DNA from: Verrucomicrobiota bacterium
Lineage (GTDB): Bacteria > Verrucomicrobiota > Verrucomicrobiia > Limisphaerales > UBA1096
Direction: 5' to 3'
Assembly (NCBI GenBank): GCA_036166355.1
Contig: JAYZHR010000025.1
Coordinates: 131 to 64,130, forward strand
DNA: 64,000 bases
Below the pieces are notes generated by a model, which did not search any database, was not told the DNA's origin, and worked only from the letters and a program-made list of their open reading frames with translations. Position numbers and translations under genes: made by a program. Shown here piece by piece: positions 28,385-37,103 of the stretch (its first letter is position 1; each line of letters opens with the position of its first letter).

Positions 28385-29771
28385 CCCATGGCCATAGTTG
28401 ATCTGCTCCGCCCCCATTAGTCTCACTAGTTTTTTGTGATGTTAATAGATTAAATTGTAGGCGGCGGATAAATTTTGAATCAAATGTTACTGGTCCAAAG
28501 TTTAGACTATTCCCCGAAAGCTGGGTCCCTTCCCATTGTTTTAGATCAAAAGATACAGCCGCCCCTCCTGCAAAATGAGCTCGTACTTCCCATGGGCGCT
28601 TGGCCTCGGCTTTAGGCTCTTGCTTTGCTAATGAAACTCGAGTAATTCGGTTTAATGGGATGTTTAGATCCGCTCCAAGCGAATTTATTACCACGTTTTG
28701 TTCGTTCATTGCTTTAATTTTCCCTGGAACCTCGTCCCGATTTTTTAGGAAAACGGTGTCTTCATCATTTGAATTTTCAGCGAATTTAACCGGGTCTGAA
28801 TGACCATCCCAAGCAGATACCCGAAGATTACTTATTCGAATGATTGGGCCGTTTAATTGAGAGAAAAAAGACATGCCGGATCCAGTTGCAGCAAAACCAT
28901 TTGCATCTCGCCACTTCCTTATAAATTTGCGGTCGATATACATTTCCATTTCGGCTTTTTCCTTGTTGATTCGGATTTCGACTTTAACACGGTTTTGAGT
29001 CTGCATTTTTGGGATTAATCCTTGGCCGAGATTGCGGACTCCGGCTCCACTTTGAACGCGTTGTAGGCTTACATAGCCTCGGCTGATATAGAACATATAG
29101 GAGTTACTACGATAATCAAATCGGTCTAGCGCTGAAGTGTATAATGGGACAATAAGACTGAATGTGCCATTCCATTGTAGATCAAATTCAATCCTTGATG
29201 ATCCGCTAAGGCCAAAATCTCGCCCTAGAACACCCACCCCCTCGGAAATGAATACTCCGTCTCGGTACTTCCAGGCTTTGGGATCACGACCCAGGCGCCA
29301 ACCATTCATACTAGTAGGCCCTTCATATAAAATACGAAAGCCAGGAGATAAAAAAGAGAGCGATTGAAGAACATCTCTTGGTGCAGATAATTGTTCATTA
29401 AACCACGTGGAGAATTTGACGTTCTTTTCGTCGAGACCAATCAGATTGCCAAGAACCTCATCCCCATTCTGAAACCGGATATTTACAGATGGTTCATTGC
29501 TGCGCTGAACGGGAAGTGCTCCTTCAAAGCGAATCCAAGCAAGGTTGTCTGGGCGAAAATCTACTGGGCGCATCAAGTCCGGGTGCGACCATCTTATTCC
29601 TTCTTGCAGGTTTACCTGCTGTAGCTCGCCATGCAACATAGATCCGTCCATGAATCTAATGAGGCTATCCCAATTGGCTGAATGGCAGATCTTTTGGCCA
29701 TAGCAAAAAAATAGCGCCATTATTATAAGAGTTCTGAATGGGCTTTTCGCCTGGCTGAGTTTATCTCTCAT
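28377..29771 (-). CDS. secreted repeat / jelly-roll-like protein, paralogue of 26843-28384 without LysM (function unknown)
   Basis: Signal peptide. Same layout as the downstream gene: IRFMDGSMLHGEL and IRFQNGDEVLGNL repeats, a core with FDLQWNGTFSL ... NLRVSAWDG, then two more repeats. Its start overlaps the upstream gene by 11 nt. Confidence 0.6.
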   Translation of the reverse strand: MRDKLSQAKSPFRTLIIMALFFCYGQKICHSANWDSLIRFMDGSMLHGELQQVNLQEGIRWSHPDLMRPVDFRPDNLAWIRFEGALPVQRSNEPSVNIRFQNGDEVLGNLIGLDEKNVKFSTWFNEQLSAPRDVLQSLSFLSPGFRILYEGPTSMNGWRLGRDPKAWKYRDGVFISEGVGVLGRDFGLSGSSRIEFDLQWNGTFSLIVPLYTSALDRFDYRSNSYMFYISRGYVSLQRVQSGAGVRNLGQGLIPKMQTQNRVKVEIRINKEKAEMEMYIDRKFIRKWRDANGFAATGSGMSFFSQLNGPIIRISNLRVSAWDGHSDPVKFAENSNDEDTVFLKNRDEVPGKIKAMNEQNVVINSLGADLNIPLNRITRVSLAKQEPKAEAKRPWEVRAHFAGGAAVSFDLKQWEGTQLSGNSLNFGPVTFDSKFIRRLQFNLLTSQKTSETNGGGADQLWPWDD

Positions 29772-30753
29772 AGATGGGAAGGAACCGGTAATTTAGAGCA
29801 ATGGAAAGCAATGATGCTGAAGTACTGAAAGTAGGTCCAAATTGCCCCCCCCAACTCCCGTCTTCGCTTTGGCTTTGTTTTAGCTTTGTTATATTTTTTC
29901 GATTCCATTTATTCCACTCCTGAGTAGACGCATGGAAAAAAGCCTGTGCTCCATAGTAAAGGTAGTATTGTCGATAGCTGGAACTTTCAGGAGCTTTTCG
30001 CAGGTAATTAAATGCTTTCTTAAATGTGGCACTTTCCTTTTCTTTAGCCAGTGCAAAGACCAATGTGGCAATCGCAGTTCGGGCTGCGTTAGGCCCTCGA
30101 TTAGAAGTGTAGCCAAATCCTCCTTCAGGGGTTTGGCAGGATTTGAAGTATCGCAAGCCAGTTTGGATGGCTGTTTCGGGGACCGCTAGCCCAGCATTGC
30201 GCGCAGCAAACAATGCCACCATTTGAGCCCCACTAACAGTAGTATCAGCATCCGTACTGTCAGGTGAATAGCGCCATCCTCCCCTAGGGTTTTTCTTCTG
30301 AGAAGTAACGATAAGACTAATGGCTTTTTCTAGAGCGGGTCCTAGTCGATCATCTTCCACTGCCCCGTAAGCTTCAGCTAAGGCAAGTGTGGCAAATCCA
30401 TGGTTGTACATGGTAGTTCCAATGTAGCCGGTGGTTTTGTTTTGTTTGCTAATAATAAAGTTAAGTCCGCGTTTTATATTGCCACTATATGGACCCTGAT
30501 TTGGATCATCCCCGTGAGCCAGCATTGACGCTACTGCTAGACCAACTACTCCTGGAGAAGTGCCGTAGGGGTTGTCCTTAAATCCTCCGCTAGATAATTG
30601 TGACTTTGAAAGAAATTGTAGTCCTTTAACATACATTCTTTCAATTTCCTTTGGGAGAGCATCACTGTTTTCTTCAAATAATTTTTGAGCCTGACTTGTG
30701 TAAGCCAAGAAAATGCATCCTAAAAATGATAGCCAAAAACCATTTCCCTTCAT
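29761..30753 (-). CDS. secreted prenyltransferase / squalene-cyclase-repeat (alpha/alpha-toroid) protein
   Basis: Signal peptide. Repeated G-G-(W/F)-x-Y type motifs (SSGGFKD, RGGWRYS, EGGFGYT, EDGSWGG) typical of terpenoid cyclase/prenyltransferase repeats. Its ATG overlaps the upstream stop (ATGA at 30750-30753). Confidence 0.7.
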   Translation of the reverse strand: MKGNGFWLSFLGCIFLAYTSQAQKLFEENSDALPKEIERMYVKGLQFLSKSQLSSGGFKDNPYGTSPGVVGLAVASMLAHGDDPNQGPYSGNIKRGLNFIISKQNKTTGYIGTTMYNHGFATLALAEAYGAVEDDRLGPALEKAISLIVTSQKKNPRGGWRYSPDSTDADTTVSGAQMVALFAARNAGLAVPETAIQTGLRYFKSCQTPEGGFGYTSNRGPNAARTAIATLVFALAKEKESATFKKAFNYLRKAPESSSYRQYYLYYGAQAFFHASTQEWNKWNRKNITKLKQSQSEDGSWGGQFGPTFSTSASLLSIALNYRFLPIYER

Positions 30754-33700
30754 GGCTGTTTTCCTTCCTCGATAGCCTCTACCGCCTTGAAGTAGCCTTC
30801 CAATGCTTCGCGAAATTCCTCCGGCAATTTACCAGCTCCTCCGCTGCCTTTGCTTATAGTGCGGTCGAGATCATCGCGGCCGACTGAGTTGCCATTCAAT
30901 CCGTTAGCTGCTTGGTTAGTGGTGCCTCCAGCTTGACTTCCTCCAGCAGTTTGTCCTTGCTGCATGCCTTGCCCCATTTGTTGTTTCATTGCCATCATTG
31001 CCATCATGAAGTCCATTTGCTGCTGCGTTTTAGATTGCCCTTCTTGGTTTTGATCGCGCTTAATTTCTTCGTTTATAAGGTTTATGACATCAGAAATATT
31101 ACGAATAGTTTCACTCTGTGAAGCTGTTGTGATTGTATCAGTTTGCGGTTTGTCGAGTAGGTTATCAGTGACTTCCATCGAGTCAAATGCATCCTGTAGC
31201 GGAGTCAGCATTGCAGGTTCAGAGTTCTCAAACTGTAGACGGTTGAGCTCTAACATCGAGTCGGCATGCATTTCTGAAAGGCGTTTGACGCCCTTATTAT
31301 ATATATCGATATCATTTTTTTGCTGTTCGATTAGCGTTGTTTGTTGTCGATGTTTAAGTTCGCTTTCACGTAATCTAAGCATGGAGAACAGTAACTTCAT
31401 GAGATTATCCTCTTTTTTTTCTCCTCCTCCTTGTCCGGCTCCTTGACTGTCCCCATCAGATTCCTGTTTGGGAGGTTCAAGTTTTTTGGCCCAACCTTCA
31501 AATTTGTCGGCCCAATCTCCTAGATTACGAATAGCGAGCATTGAGATATTAGAGTCAATTTGACTTTCAATTTCACTGAGTGATTCGCCCGTTTTCTCCG
31601 TTTCCATTTCACGGCTGACCTCTCCGTATTGGCCTTTGGCCGTCCGTTCATAAAACCGACTGATTTCTCCCTGTAGCTCCACGGCTTTTTCTTGAGTTCT
31701 GTTTTGTGACTTCGTGAATCGTTTGTTAGCGCGTGAATAACGAGGGGGCAGGTCTTTAGGAGTAAGCCCGATCGTTTCCTGAATTATATCTTTGATTTTT
31801 TTGCGGAGGGCTAGTTCCTCTTTGCTGAGTTTACGTAGTCGCTGGGCAAGAGTGAGGGCTTGAAGGTTGTCGAGGTCCTTGTTGACCTTGTCCTGTAAGT
31901 CTGCCAGTTCATCTAGAGCCTCCTCCTCTTCTTCAAGTGCTTCTTTGAGGCTTTCTTTTTTTTCCTCTACCTGCCCTTCTTGCGCGGCTTGACTGAGCTT
32001 AGACTCGGCTGCTTTCATTTGTTGATCTGCAAGATCGTTCATCGATTTAAGATTTTCAGCCCAGTCTTGTAAGGTTTGTTCATCGAACGCAGGGTTCTGC
32101 ATAGCTTCCATCAAGGCATTTGCTCCTTCCTTAACGAGATTCTTTAAGTCCTCTGCATTATCGCGTTGTTCATCTGCCGTATTTTCGATTTTTTCATTCG
32201 TTTTGCTTTTATCTAAAGTCTCATTATCCGATTTCGCCAGTTCACGGGTATCCTCAGCAATATTTTCCTCGGTCCTTGAAACCTCCTCGAGATTTTCCAG
32301 AACTTCTTCAAGCTTCTGCCGGACCATTTCAGCATGGTCTTCTATGCCGAGGATGTGCAGCTGAATCGGAGAGGTGCGAATGGGAGTGCGTCCAGGCAAA
32401 TGATCTGTAGCCCAAACCTTTAATTCTATAGTTGTATCTCGGCCAATACCCAGCACTGCTGGACTGAAATGGAAACGGGTTTCCATATCCTTTTCTTGTG
32501 GACCTTCGGTTTCAACTGTAAGGGAGGAAATTATTTTTGGGGCAGCCTCTTCTGTTTGACCAAGCACTCGCCACTCAATCCCAGCCTCTTTAATCCCATA
32601 ATCATCATTAACAGTTGCATTAAGTTCTAGCACTTCAGTTTCTAGTATAGCCATGCTACGCGATTGAGATCCAAGGTCAGGGCGAGGAGGATTATCTTCG
32701 GTGGGCTCTACGTTAAGCTGCCATGCAGCCGCTTCTGTGAGATTATGTTCGTCACACCAAGTAAATGAAAAATGAGAGGGGTCCGTTACTTTATGTAAAG
32801 GACTAGAGAAGGAATCACTGTGAACGCTCATTTGAGAATCTACATCATCAATGGCAATTTGGGCGTGTTTAAGTTTGCGAGATACTCGTCCGCGAAATGT
32901 TATTTTACTGCCACGAAGTACAGGCAAAAAACCTGCCTGAACAGTTTCATTCTGGGTCGGATAATTTAGGTAATTTGGAAGTTTCACTTCTGCAACTAGC
33001 TCTCGTATTGCTGGGCGTTGAAGTGGGCGGATTTTTATAGTTTGTTTTGAATCACCGGCCTTAACCGTAAGATTGCCATCTTCAATTTGGCCTGGAACTG
33101 TAAATTGTACCTTCCCATCGTTGATCATTGCAGCTTTAGGCTGATTATTTTGGAATTGTGCTGAGGCAATTTTTGGTTTCCAAAAAGATCGATATTCTAT
33201 CGTTCCGCTTATGTCGAATGGCTCGCCTTTTGCCACGATTTGTTGATTTGGAAATCCATCTAATTGAACTAGTGTGTGGCGTGATATATTTGCGCCGGGT
33301 TGACTCCATCGGCGAAGCGTGTTGAGTCCAGCCTCCGGGATAATTATCCACCCCGCAATAGCAAGAAGAATAAGAGAGGTGGCGATAGTTGCACGGCGAC
33401 GGGCAGGTCGAGGGCTGACTGTTTGCTTAAAGTCGAGTTTAAGAGCTTCATCAGCAACCTGCTCAATGGCTGCACGATAAAGAGCGGGAGAAAAAATGGC
33501 AGGCCGCTTTTGTTCATTTGCCAATTCGACAATTCCCAATAGTCGGTCACCTAGCCGGCGGTAACGGCGTTGAACCAAACAGGCTATTGCTCGAGTATCT
33601 CGCTTTTTGAAAATCCAGCGATATGACCACCAAATTATTGCGCTGAGAGTAATAACAATACCACTGGCCAAAAGCCCTAATCGAAGCCAATTCGGACTAT

Positions 33701-33872
33701 CCCAAAGCCGATCAGAAAAGAATAATATCAAATATGATCCGAAAAGCCCGGCAGTGGATAGGCATACTGCCATTATTGTCTCTACAAGCCAAAGCCGACG
33801 TTCCACCAAATCGAATTGCTGCTGCAAATCTTTCGGGAAATCTTCCTGCGATATTTTTTCTTTTGGCTTCAT
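30750..33872 (-). CDS. 1040-aa membrane-anchored coiled-coil protein (DUF4175-like)
   Basis: N-terminal TM helices (LWLVETIMAVCLSTAGLFGSYLILFF and LLASGIVITLSAIIWW), a third TM near residue 165, a beta-rich middle, a long E/K/Q-rich coiled-coil region, a Met/Gln-rich tract and an LPEEFREALEGYFKAVE tail. The DUF4175 assignment is from memory of that family's layout. Confidence 0.6.
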   Translation of the reverse strand: MKPKEKISQEDFPKDLQQQFDLVERRLWLVETIMAVCLSTAGLFGSYLILFFSDRLWDSPNWLRLGLLASGIVITLSAIIWWSYRWIFKKRDTRAIACLVQRRYRRLGDRLLGIVELANEQKRPAIFSPALYRAAIEQVADEALKLDFKQTVSPRPARRRATIATSLILLAIAGWIIIPEAGLNTLRRWSQPGANISRHTLVQLDGFPNQQIVAKGEPFDISGTIEYRSFWKPKIASAQFQNNQPKAAMINDGKVQFTVPGQIEDGNLTVKAGDSKQTIKIRPLQRPAIRELVAEVKLPNYLNYPTQNETVQAGFLPVLRGSKITFRGRVSRKLKHAQIAIDDVDSQMSVHSDSFSSPLHKVTDPSHFSFTWCDEHNLTEAAAWQLNVEPTEDNPPRPDLGSQSRSMAILETEVLELNATVNDDYGIKEAGIEWRVLGQTEEAAPKIISSLTVETEGPQEKDMETRFHFSPAVLGIGRDTTIELKVWATDHLPGRTPIRTSPIQLHILGIEDHAEMVRQKLEEVLENLEEVSRTEENIAEDTRELAKSDNETLDKSKTNEKIENTADEQRDNAEDLKNLVKEGANALMEAMQNPAFDEQTLQDWAENLKSMNDLADQQMKAAESKLSQAAQEGQVEEKKESLKEALEEEEEALDELADLQDKVNKDLDNLQALTLAQRLRKLSKEELALRKKIKDIIQETIGLTPKDLPPRYSRANKRFTKSQNRTQEKAVELQGEISRFYERTAKGQYGEVSREMETEKTGESLSEIESQIDSNISMLAIRNLGDWADKFEGWAKKLEPPKQESDGDSQGAGQGGGEKKEDNLMKLLFSMLRLRESELKHRQQTTLIEQQKNDIDIYNKGVKRLSEMHADSMLELNRLQFENSEPAMLTPLQDAFDSMEVTDNLLDKPQTDTITTASQSETIRNISDVINLINEEIKRDQNQEGQSKTQQQMDFMMAMMAMKQQMGQGMQQGQTAGGSQAGGTTNQAANGLNGNSVGRDDLDRTISKGSGGAGKLPEEFREALEGYFKAVEAIEEGKQP

Positions 33873-33965
33873 TCCAAGCTGACTTATGCCCCTTGAGCTG
33901 CACGGAAGTGTAGTCCCCGTTCAGATGTAGGCAAGTCGCGCTTATTTAACTTCACTAAAAATAGA

Positions 33966-34886
33966 TCATTGCTGGATCTCTTTTTTGAGCCATTTGCGCA
34001 TTTTTGTGCGGGTTACACTCGGCCGAAGAAGCCATTGATCATTGTGATTGCGAAAGCCTGTTTCGGCAAAGGTAAGCTGTTTTGCCTTGAGGGTTGATTT
34101 GAGCCAATTTTTTGTTGCTGCCAGATTGAGGTTGGAGTCAGTAATTTCGTGGCAAATAAACTGACGACGGAGGCCTAATCGCTTTAGTCTACTAAGTGCT
34201 GCTGTTCGTTCTGAGTTTGGGTAAGGCCAAGGTGCGATGCCGTCGTAGTGGCTGTAAATTATAAAAGCCCGCCACAGCTTGGCAATCTGATCATTTTGTA
34301 ATCCTATGTAATTGCAAGCGATAGCGCCGCGGGAAAAGCCGCATAGAATGACTTGATTAGGATCCCCTCCGTATTTTTTGCAAAGCCAAGGTATCGCCTT
34401 AAGGCAGTAATCAATAGTAGGTTTGGAGGTTCGGTTTTTTCTGTCTCCCCACCAAGTTAACGATATCTGGTCTCCGCTGGCATTTAGATATGGAAGACAA
34501 ACCCAAATAAAACCTTGGCCAGCTGAAATGCCATATCCCATACTACTTCCTTCGGGACGGCCGGTATTAATATCACCGTAGGAACCATTATATTTGTTCC
34601 CTCCATATTCTACTAATAACGGATACTTTTTGTCCTTTTGCCAGTCATTAGGTAAATATGTAACGTGATATACTCCGGTTTGCTCATAGCCTGGAAGCAC
34701 TTGTTTAATCCGTTTGCCGGCTTTTAAAGGGCTCGGGTCCAGTTTTGGAACTATCAGGTCTGCTTTGATATCACGAATATCTGGTGTTTCTGGTCTTACC
34801 AAAGGAAAGGAAATGAAAAAAATATAGATTATTAGTATATTTTTTCTGAATGCCTTTTTCACGAGCGCCTTAGGATGCCCTTGCAT
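33966..34886 (-). CDS. secreted alpha/beta-hydrolase (esterase/depolymerase-like)
   Basis: N-terminal hydrophobic signal. Nucleophile elbow ILCGFSRGAIA (G-x-S-x-G), preceded by a LLVEYGGN beta-strand typical of esterase folds. Confidence 0.55.
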   Translation of the reverse strand: MQGHPKALVKKAFRKNILIIYIFFISFPLVRPETPDIRDIKADLIVPKLDPSPLKAGKRIKQVLPGYEQTGVYHVTYLPNDWQKDKKYPLLVEYGGNKYNGSYGDINTGRPEGSSMGYGISAGQGFIWVCLPYLNASGDQISLTWWGDRKNRTSKPTIDYCLKAIPWLCKKYGGDPNQVILCGFSRGAIACNYIGLQNDQIAKLWRAFIIYSHYDGIAPWPYPNSERTAALSRLKRLGLRRQFICHEITDSNLNLAATKNWLKSTLKAKQLTFAETGFRNHNDQWLLRPSVTRTKMRKWLKKEIQQ

Positions 34887-35007
34887 TAATCATGATAAAA
34901 GTTGATTTTTTGCCCTAAAATACCGGTTGCAATCATATTTGGTTGTGATAGGTTCCCGCGCCCGCTTCAAGGCGAGGGGCCCGATAACCACTTAATTTAA
35001 AGATAAT

Positions 35008-35163
35008 ATGTCACAGCATCCCAGTCTCAAAACCGGAGGAGGTACCACGGCTAAGCGCACGGTTCTGAAGCGATTCGAGCGGGTAGAATTGCTTCGCAAG
35101 CGCGGGGAATTTAAAGAAGGCGGCCGTATTACAGGCCTGAAAAAAACGAAACCGGAGGAATAA
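35008..35163 (+). CDS. small basic protein (51 aa; PVC-type small basic protein family), absent from the >=60-aa ORF track
   Basis: ATG 35008 to TAA 35161-35163 encodes MSQHPSLKTGGGTTAKRTVLKRFERVELLRKRGEFKEGGRITGLKKTKPEE. It follows the pattern SLK..G...R.VLKR.ER...L...G....G....GL.K.K that I recall from proteins annotated as small basic protein in Planctomycetes/Verrucomicrobia. A terminator hairpin follows. Confidence 0.6.
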   Translation: MSQHPSLKTGGGTTAKRTVLKRFERVELLRKRGEFKEGGRITGLKKTKPEE

Positions 35164-35177
35164 TCCGCCGGTTTTTC
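35151..35177 (+). terminator. candidate intrinsic terminator of the small basic protein gene
   Basis: ACCGGAGG (35151-35158) pairs with CCGCCGGT (35165-35172) with one mismatch and a 6-nt loop containing the stop codon. Followed by TTTTT. Confidence 0.5.
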
Positions 35178-35212
35178 TTCTAGTTCTACGGCACCGCCCT
35201 CCTTTTCTAGCG

Positions 35213-35932
35213 GTGACGCTTCGTCTACAAAAGTTCCTATCAGAAGCTGGGGTCGCATCGCGCCGACACGGCGAAAAGCTTATTCTTTCAGGACAAGTTA
35301 CCGTTGATGGTAAAGTAGTTCGCTTGTTAGGCACAAAAGTTGACCCAACAAAGAGCGAGGTAGCGCTTAATGGTAAAGTAATTCAAGCCAAGGTTAAAAG
35401 GGTGTTAGCTTTAAATAAACCTCCTAGAATTCTTTGTACCCGCCGGGATAACCATAAACGACCAACGGTATTTGATCTGCTGCCGGATAATTATGGGCAT
35501 TTATTCACTATAGGCCGTCTCGACTCTGACAGCGAAGGGCTAATTTTATTAACTAACGATGGCGAATTTTGTCAGACAATGGCTCATCCACGCCATGGCA
35601 TAACTAAAACTTATCATGTTACCTTAGCTAAACGGGTTGTTTCTGGATCACTTGAACGATTGACGGCGGGATTGCGCGATGATGGGGATTTACTCAAGGC
35701 TAAGCATGCTAAACTGCTTTATGCCAATAACACCCGCAGCCAAGTAGAGCTAGTATTGGAGGAGGGAAAGAACCGAGAGATTCGGAGAATGTTCAAAGTT
35801 TTAGGGTACAGAGTTTTGAGTCTTCGGCGTATAGCTGTTGGCCCAATTAAACTAGGAGAACTTCCTTTAGGAAAATGGAGAGTTTTGACTAAGGCAGAAA
35901 TTGCTTCATGTCTCCGGGAGACGGATAAATAG
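35213..35932 (+). CDS. pseudouridine synthase, RsuA/RluB/RluE/RluF family (S4 domain + catalytic domain)
   Basis: GTG start. S4 motif LQKFLSEAGVASRRHGEKLILSGQVTVDG. Catalytic Asp motif GRLDSDSEGLILLTNDG. Confidence 0.85.
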   Translation: MTLRLQKFLSEAGVASRRHGEKLILSGQVTVDGKVVRLLGTKVDPTKSEVALNGKVIQAKVKRVLALNKPPRILCTRRDNHKRPTVFDLLPDNYGHLFTIGRLDSDSEGLILLTNDGEFCQTMAHPRHGITKTYHVTLAKRVVSGSLERLTAGLRDDGDLLKAKHAKLLYANNTRSQVELVLEEGKNREIRRMFKVLGYRVLSLRRIAVGPIKLGELPLGKWRVLTKAEIASCLRETDK

Positions 35933-35990
35933 CAGTTGATAATTCACCGGAATTGACACGAGTTGAGGGAGGTTTCACACTCTGTCCCTA

Positions 35991-37103
35991 ATGAAGTCGT
36001 ATGGTCGTCTACTTTTGCCCTCATTATATTTGCTGATAGCAATCTCGGGGACATCAGCCAAAAATATAATTAGTGAAATTAGCCCCCCCAAATCCGGGGC
36101 AGTATCGGCGGATCGTGTGAATGTTCGAGCTCGAGCTAGCTTGGTTGGAGAAAGGGTTACTCAGCTTAGAAAAGGGGATGTGGTAAGGGTTTTAGCTAAG
36201 GTGAAGATAGATCCCGCCAAGGAAGGCGAGCCTTCGGAGTGGTTAAAGATTTCCATGCCTTCAGGCGGGCAAACTTGGGTTCACATGGCCTTCGTAAAGG
36301 AAGGCAAGGTGACAGCCACCAAGCTCAATGTCCGAGCTGGTGGCAGCGAAAGATTCAGTGTCGTCGCTCATCTGGCCAAGAACGATGAAGTGAAGGAAAA
36401 ACGCACCTCCGGGGATTGGATTGAGATCGAACATCCGGAAGGAGCCCATGCATTTGTCGCAGCCAGCTTTATTGAGATCGGAGAGAAGGCTGAAACGGTT
36501 CAAGAGAAAACGGAACCCAGCGAGCCGACCGAGACAACTTTGGAAAAACTGCCCAATACAGAGACTAAAGAGGAGGAGGTTGCCGCCACAGAAACTGCAA
36601 CGGAACCGACCGAATCAACTAAGTCCACCGAAACTATCGAAACGAAAGAGGAGCCTACGACTGAAGATATGCCGGATATGCCGGAGCCGGAGATAGTTGT
36701 GGTCGAGGAAGGGGCGGACACGAATAAGCAACCGGCTGGTAACCCGGAGGATGCAGAGGAAATCAAACCGAAGCCCGCTCCGGCGATTACCAAGAAGGAA
36801 CTACCTGTGCCCCCGCCACGCATTGTTACCCGCGAGGGCAAAATTAAGCGTCGTTTTTTCCGAAGCCCTCGCGCTCCGAGCCGTTATGAGTTGTTGGACG
36901 AAAAAGGGCGCACACTTAATTATCTGTTCTCTTCAGACGAAAGTCCATTACAGGTGGCGGATGACGAGGAGCCGATCACGTTTGAACGGCTAATGAACAT
37001 GCTGCGCAATCGCAAGGTCATCCTGACCGGTGTAGAAGCGGTCGATCCACGTTGGCCCTCTCTGCCGTTGCTCGATGTGCGCACCCTCAAGACCGTTCCC
37101 TGA
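35991..37103 (+). CDS. secreted bacterial SH3 (SH3b) domain protein with acidic E/T/P-rich linker
   Basis: Signal peptide. Two SH3b-like units (VNVRARASLVGERVTQLRKGDVVRV and LNVRAGGSERFSVVAHLAKNDEV), an ETEP-rich low-complexity segment and a basic C-terminal domain. Its stop overlaps the folD start (TGATG). Confidence 0.6.
   Translation: MKSYGRLLLPSLYLLIAISGTSAKNIISEISPPKSGAVSADRVNVRARASLVGERVTQLRKGDVVRVLAKVKIDPAKEGEPSEWLKISMPSGGQTWVHMAFVKEGKVTATKLNVRAGGSERFSVVAHLAKNDEVKEKRTSGDWIEIEHPEGAHAFVAASFIEIGEKAETVQEKTEPSEPTETTLEKLPNTETKEEEVAATETATEPTESTKSTETIETKEEPTTEDMPDMPEPEIVVVEEGADTNKQPAGNPEDAEEIKPKPAPAITKKELPVPPPRIVTREGKIKRRFFRSPRAPSRYELLDEKGRTLNYLFSSDESPLQVADDEEPITFERLMNMLRNRKVILTGVEAVDPRWPSLPLLDVRTLKTVP

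Noticed and set aside
34992-35334. Two minus-strand ORFs (88 and 107 aa) in the region between the esterase gene and the pseudouridine synthase gene.
   Set aside because: They are Arg/Pro-rich shadow frames antisense to the small basic protein gene and to the 5' end of the pseudouridine synthase gene. The plus-strand 51-aa ORF with a terminator is the better explanation.
36666-36683. 9-bp tandem duplication GATATGCCG x2 (encoding DMP-DMP).
   Set aside because: It has only two copies, lies in-frame inside a low-complexity linker, and is too small to call a repeat feature.
36261-36993. Several alternative-frame ORFs (80-113 aa) inside the SH3b gene.
   Set aside because: They arise from the purine-rich low-complexity linker, giving Arg/Lys/Ser-rich translations. 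They have no independent signals.
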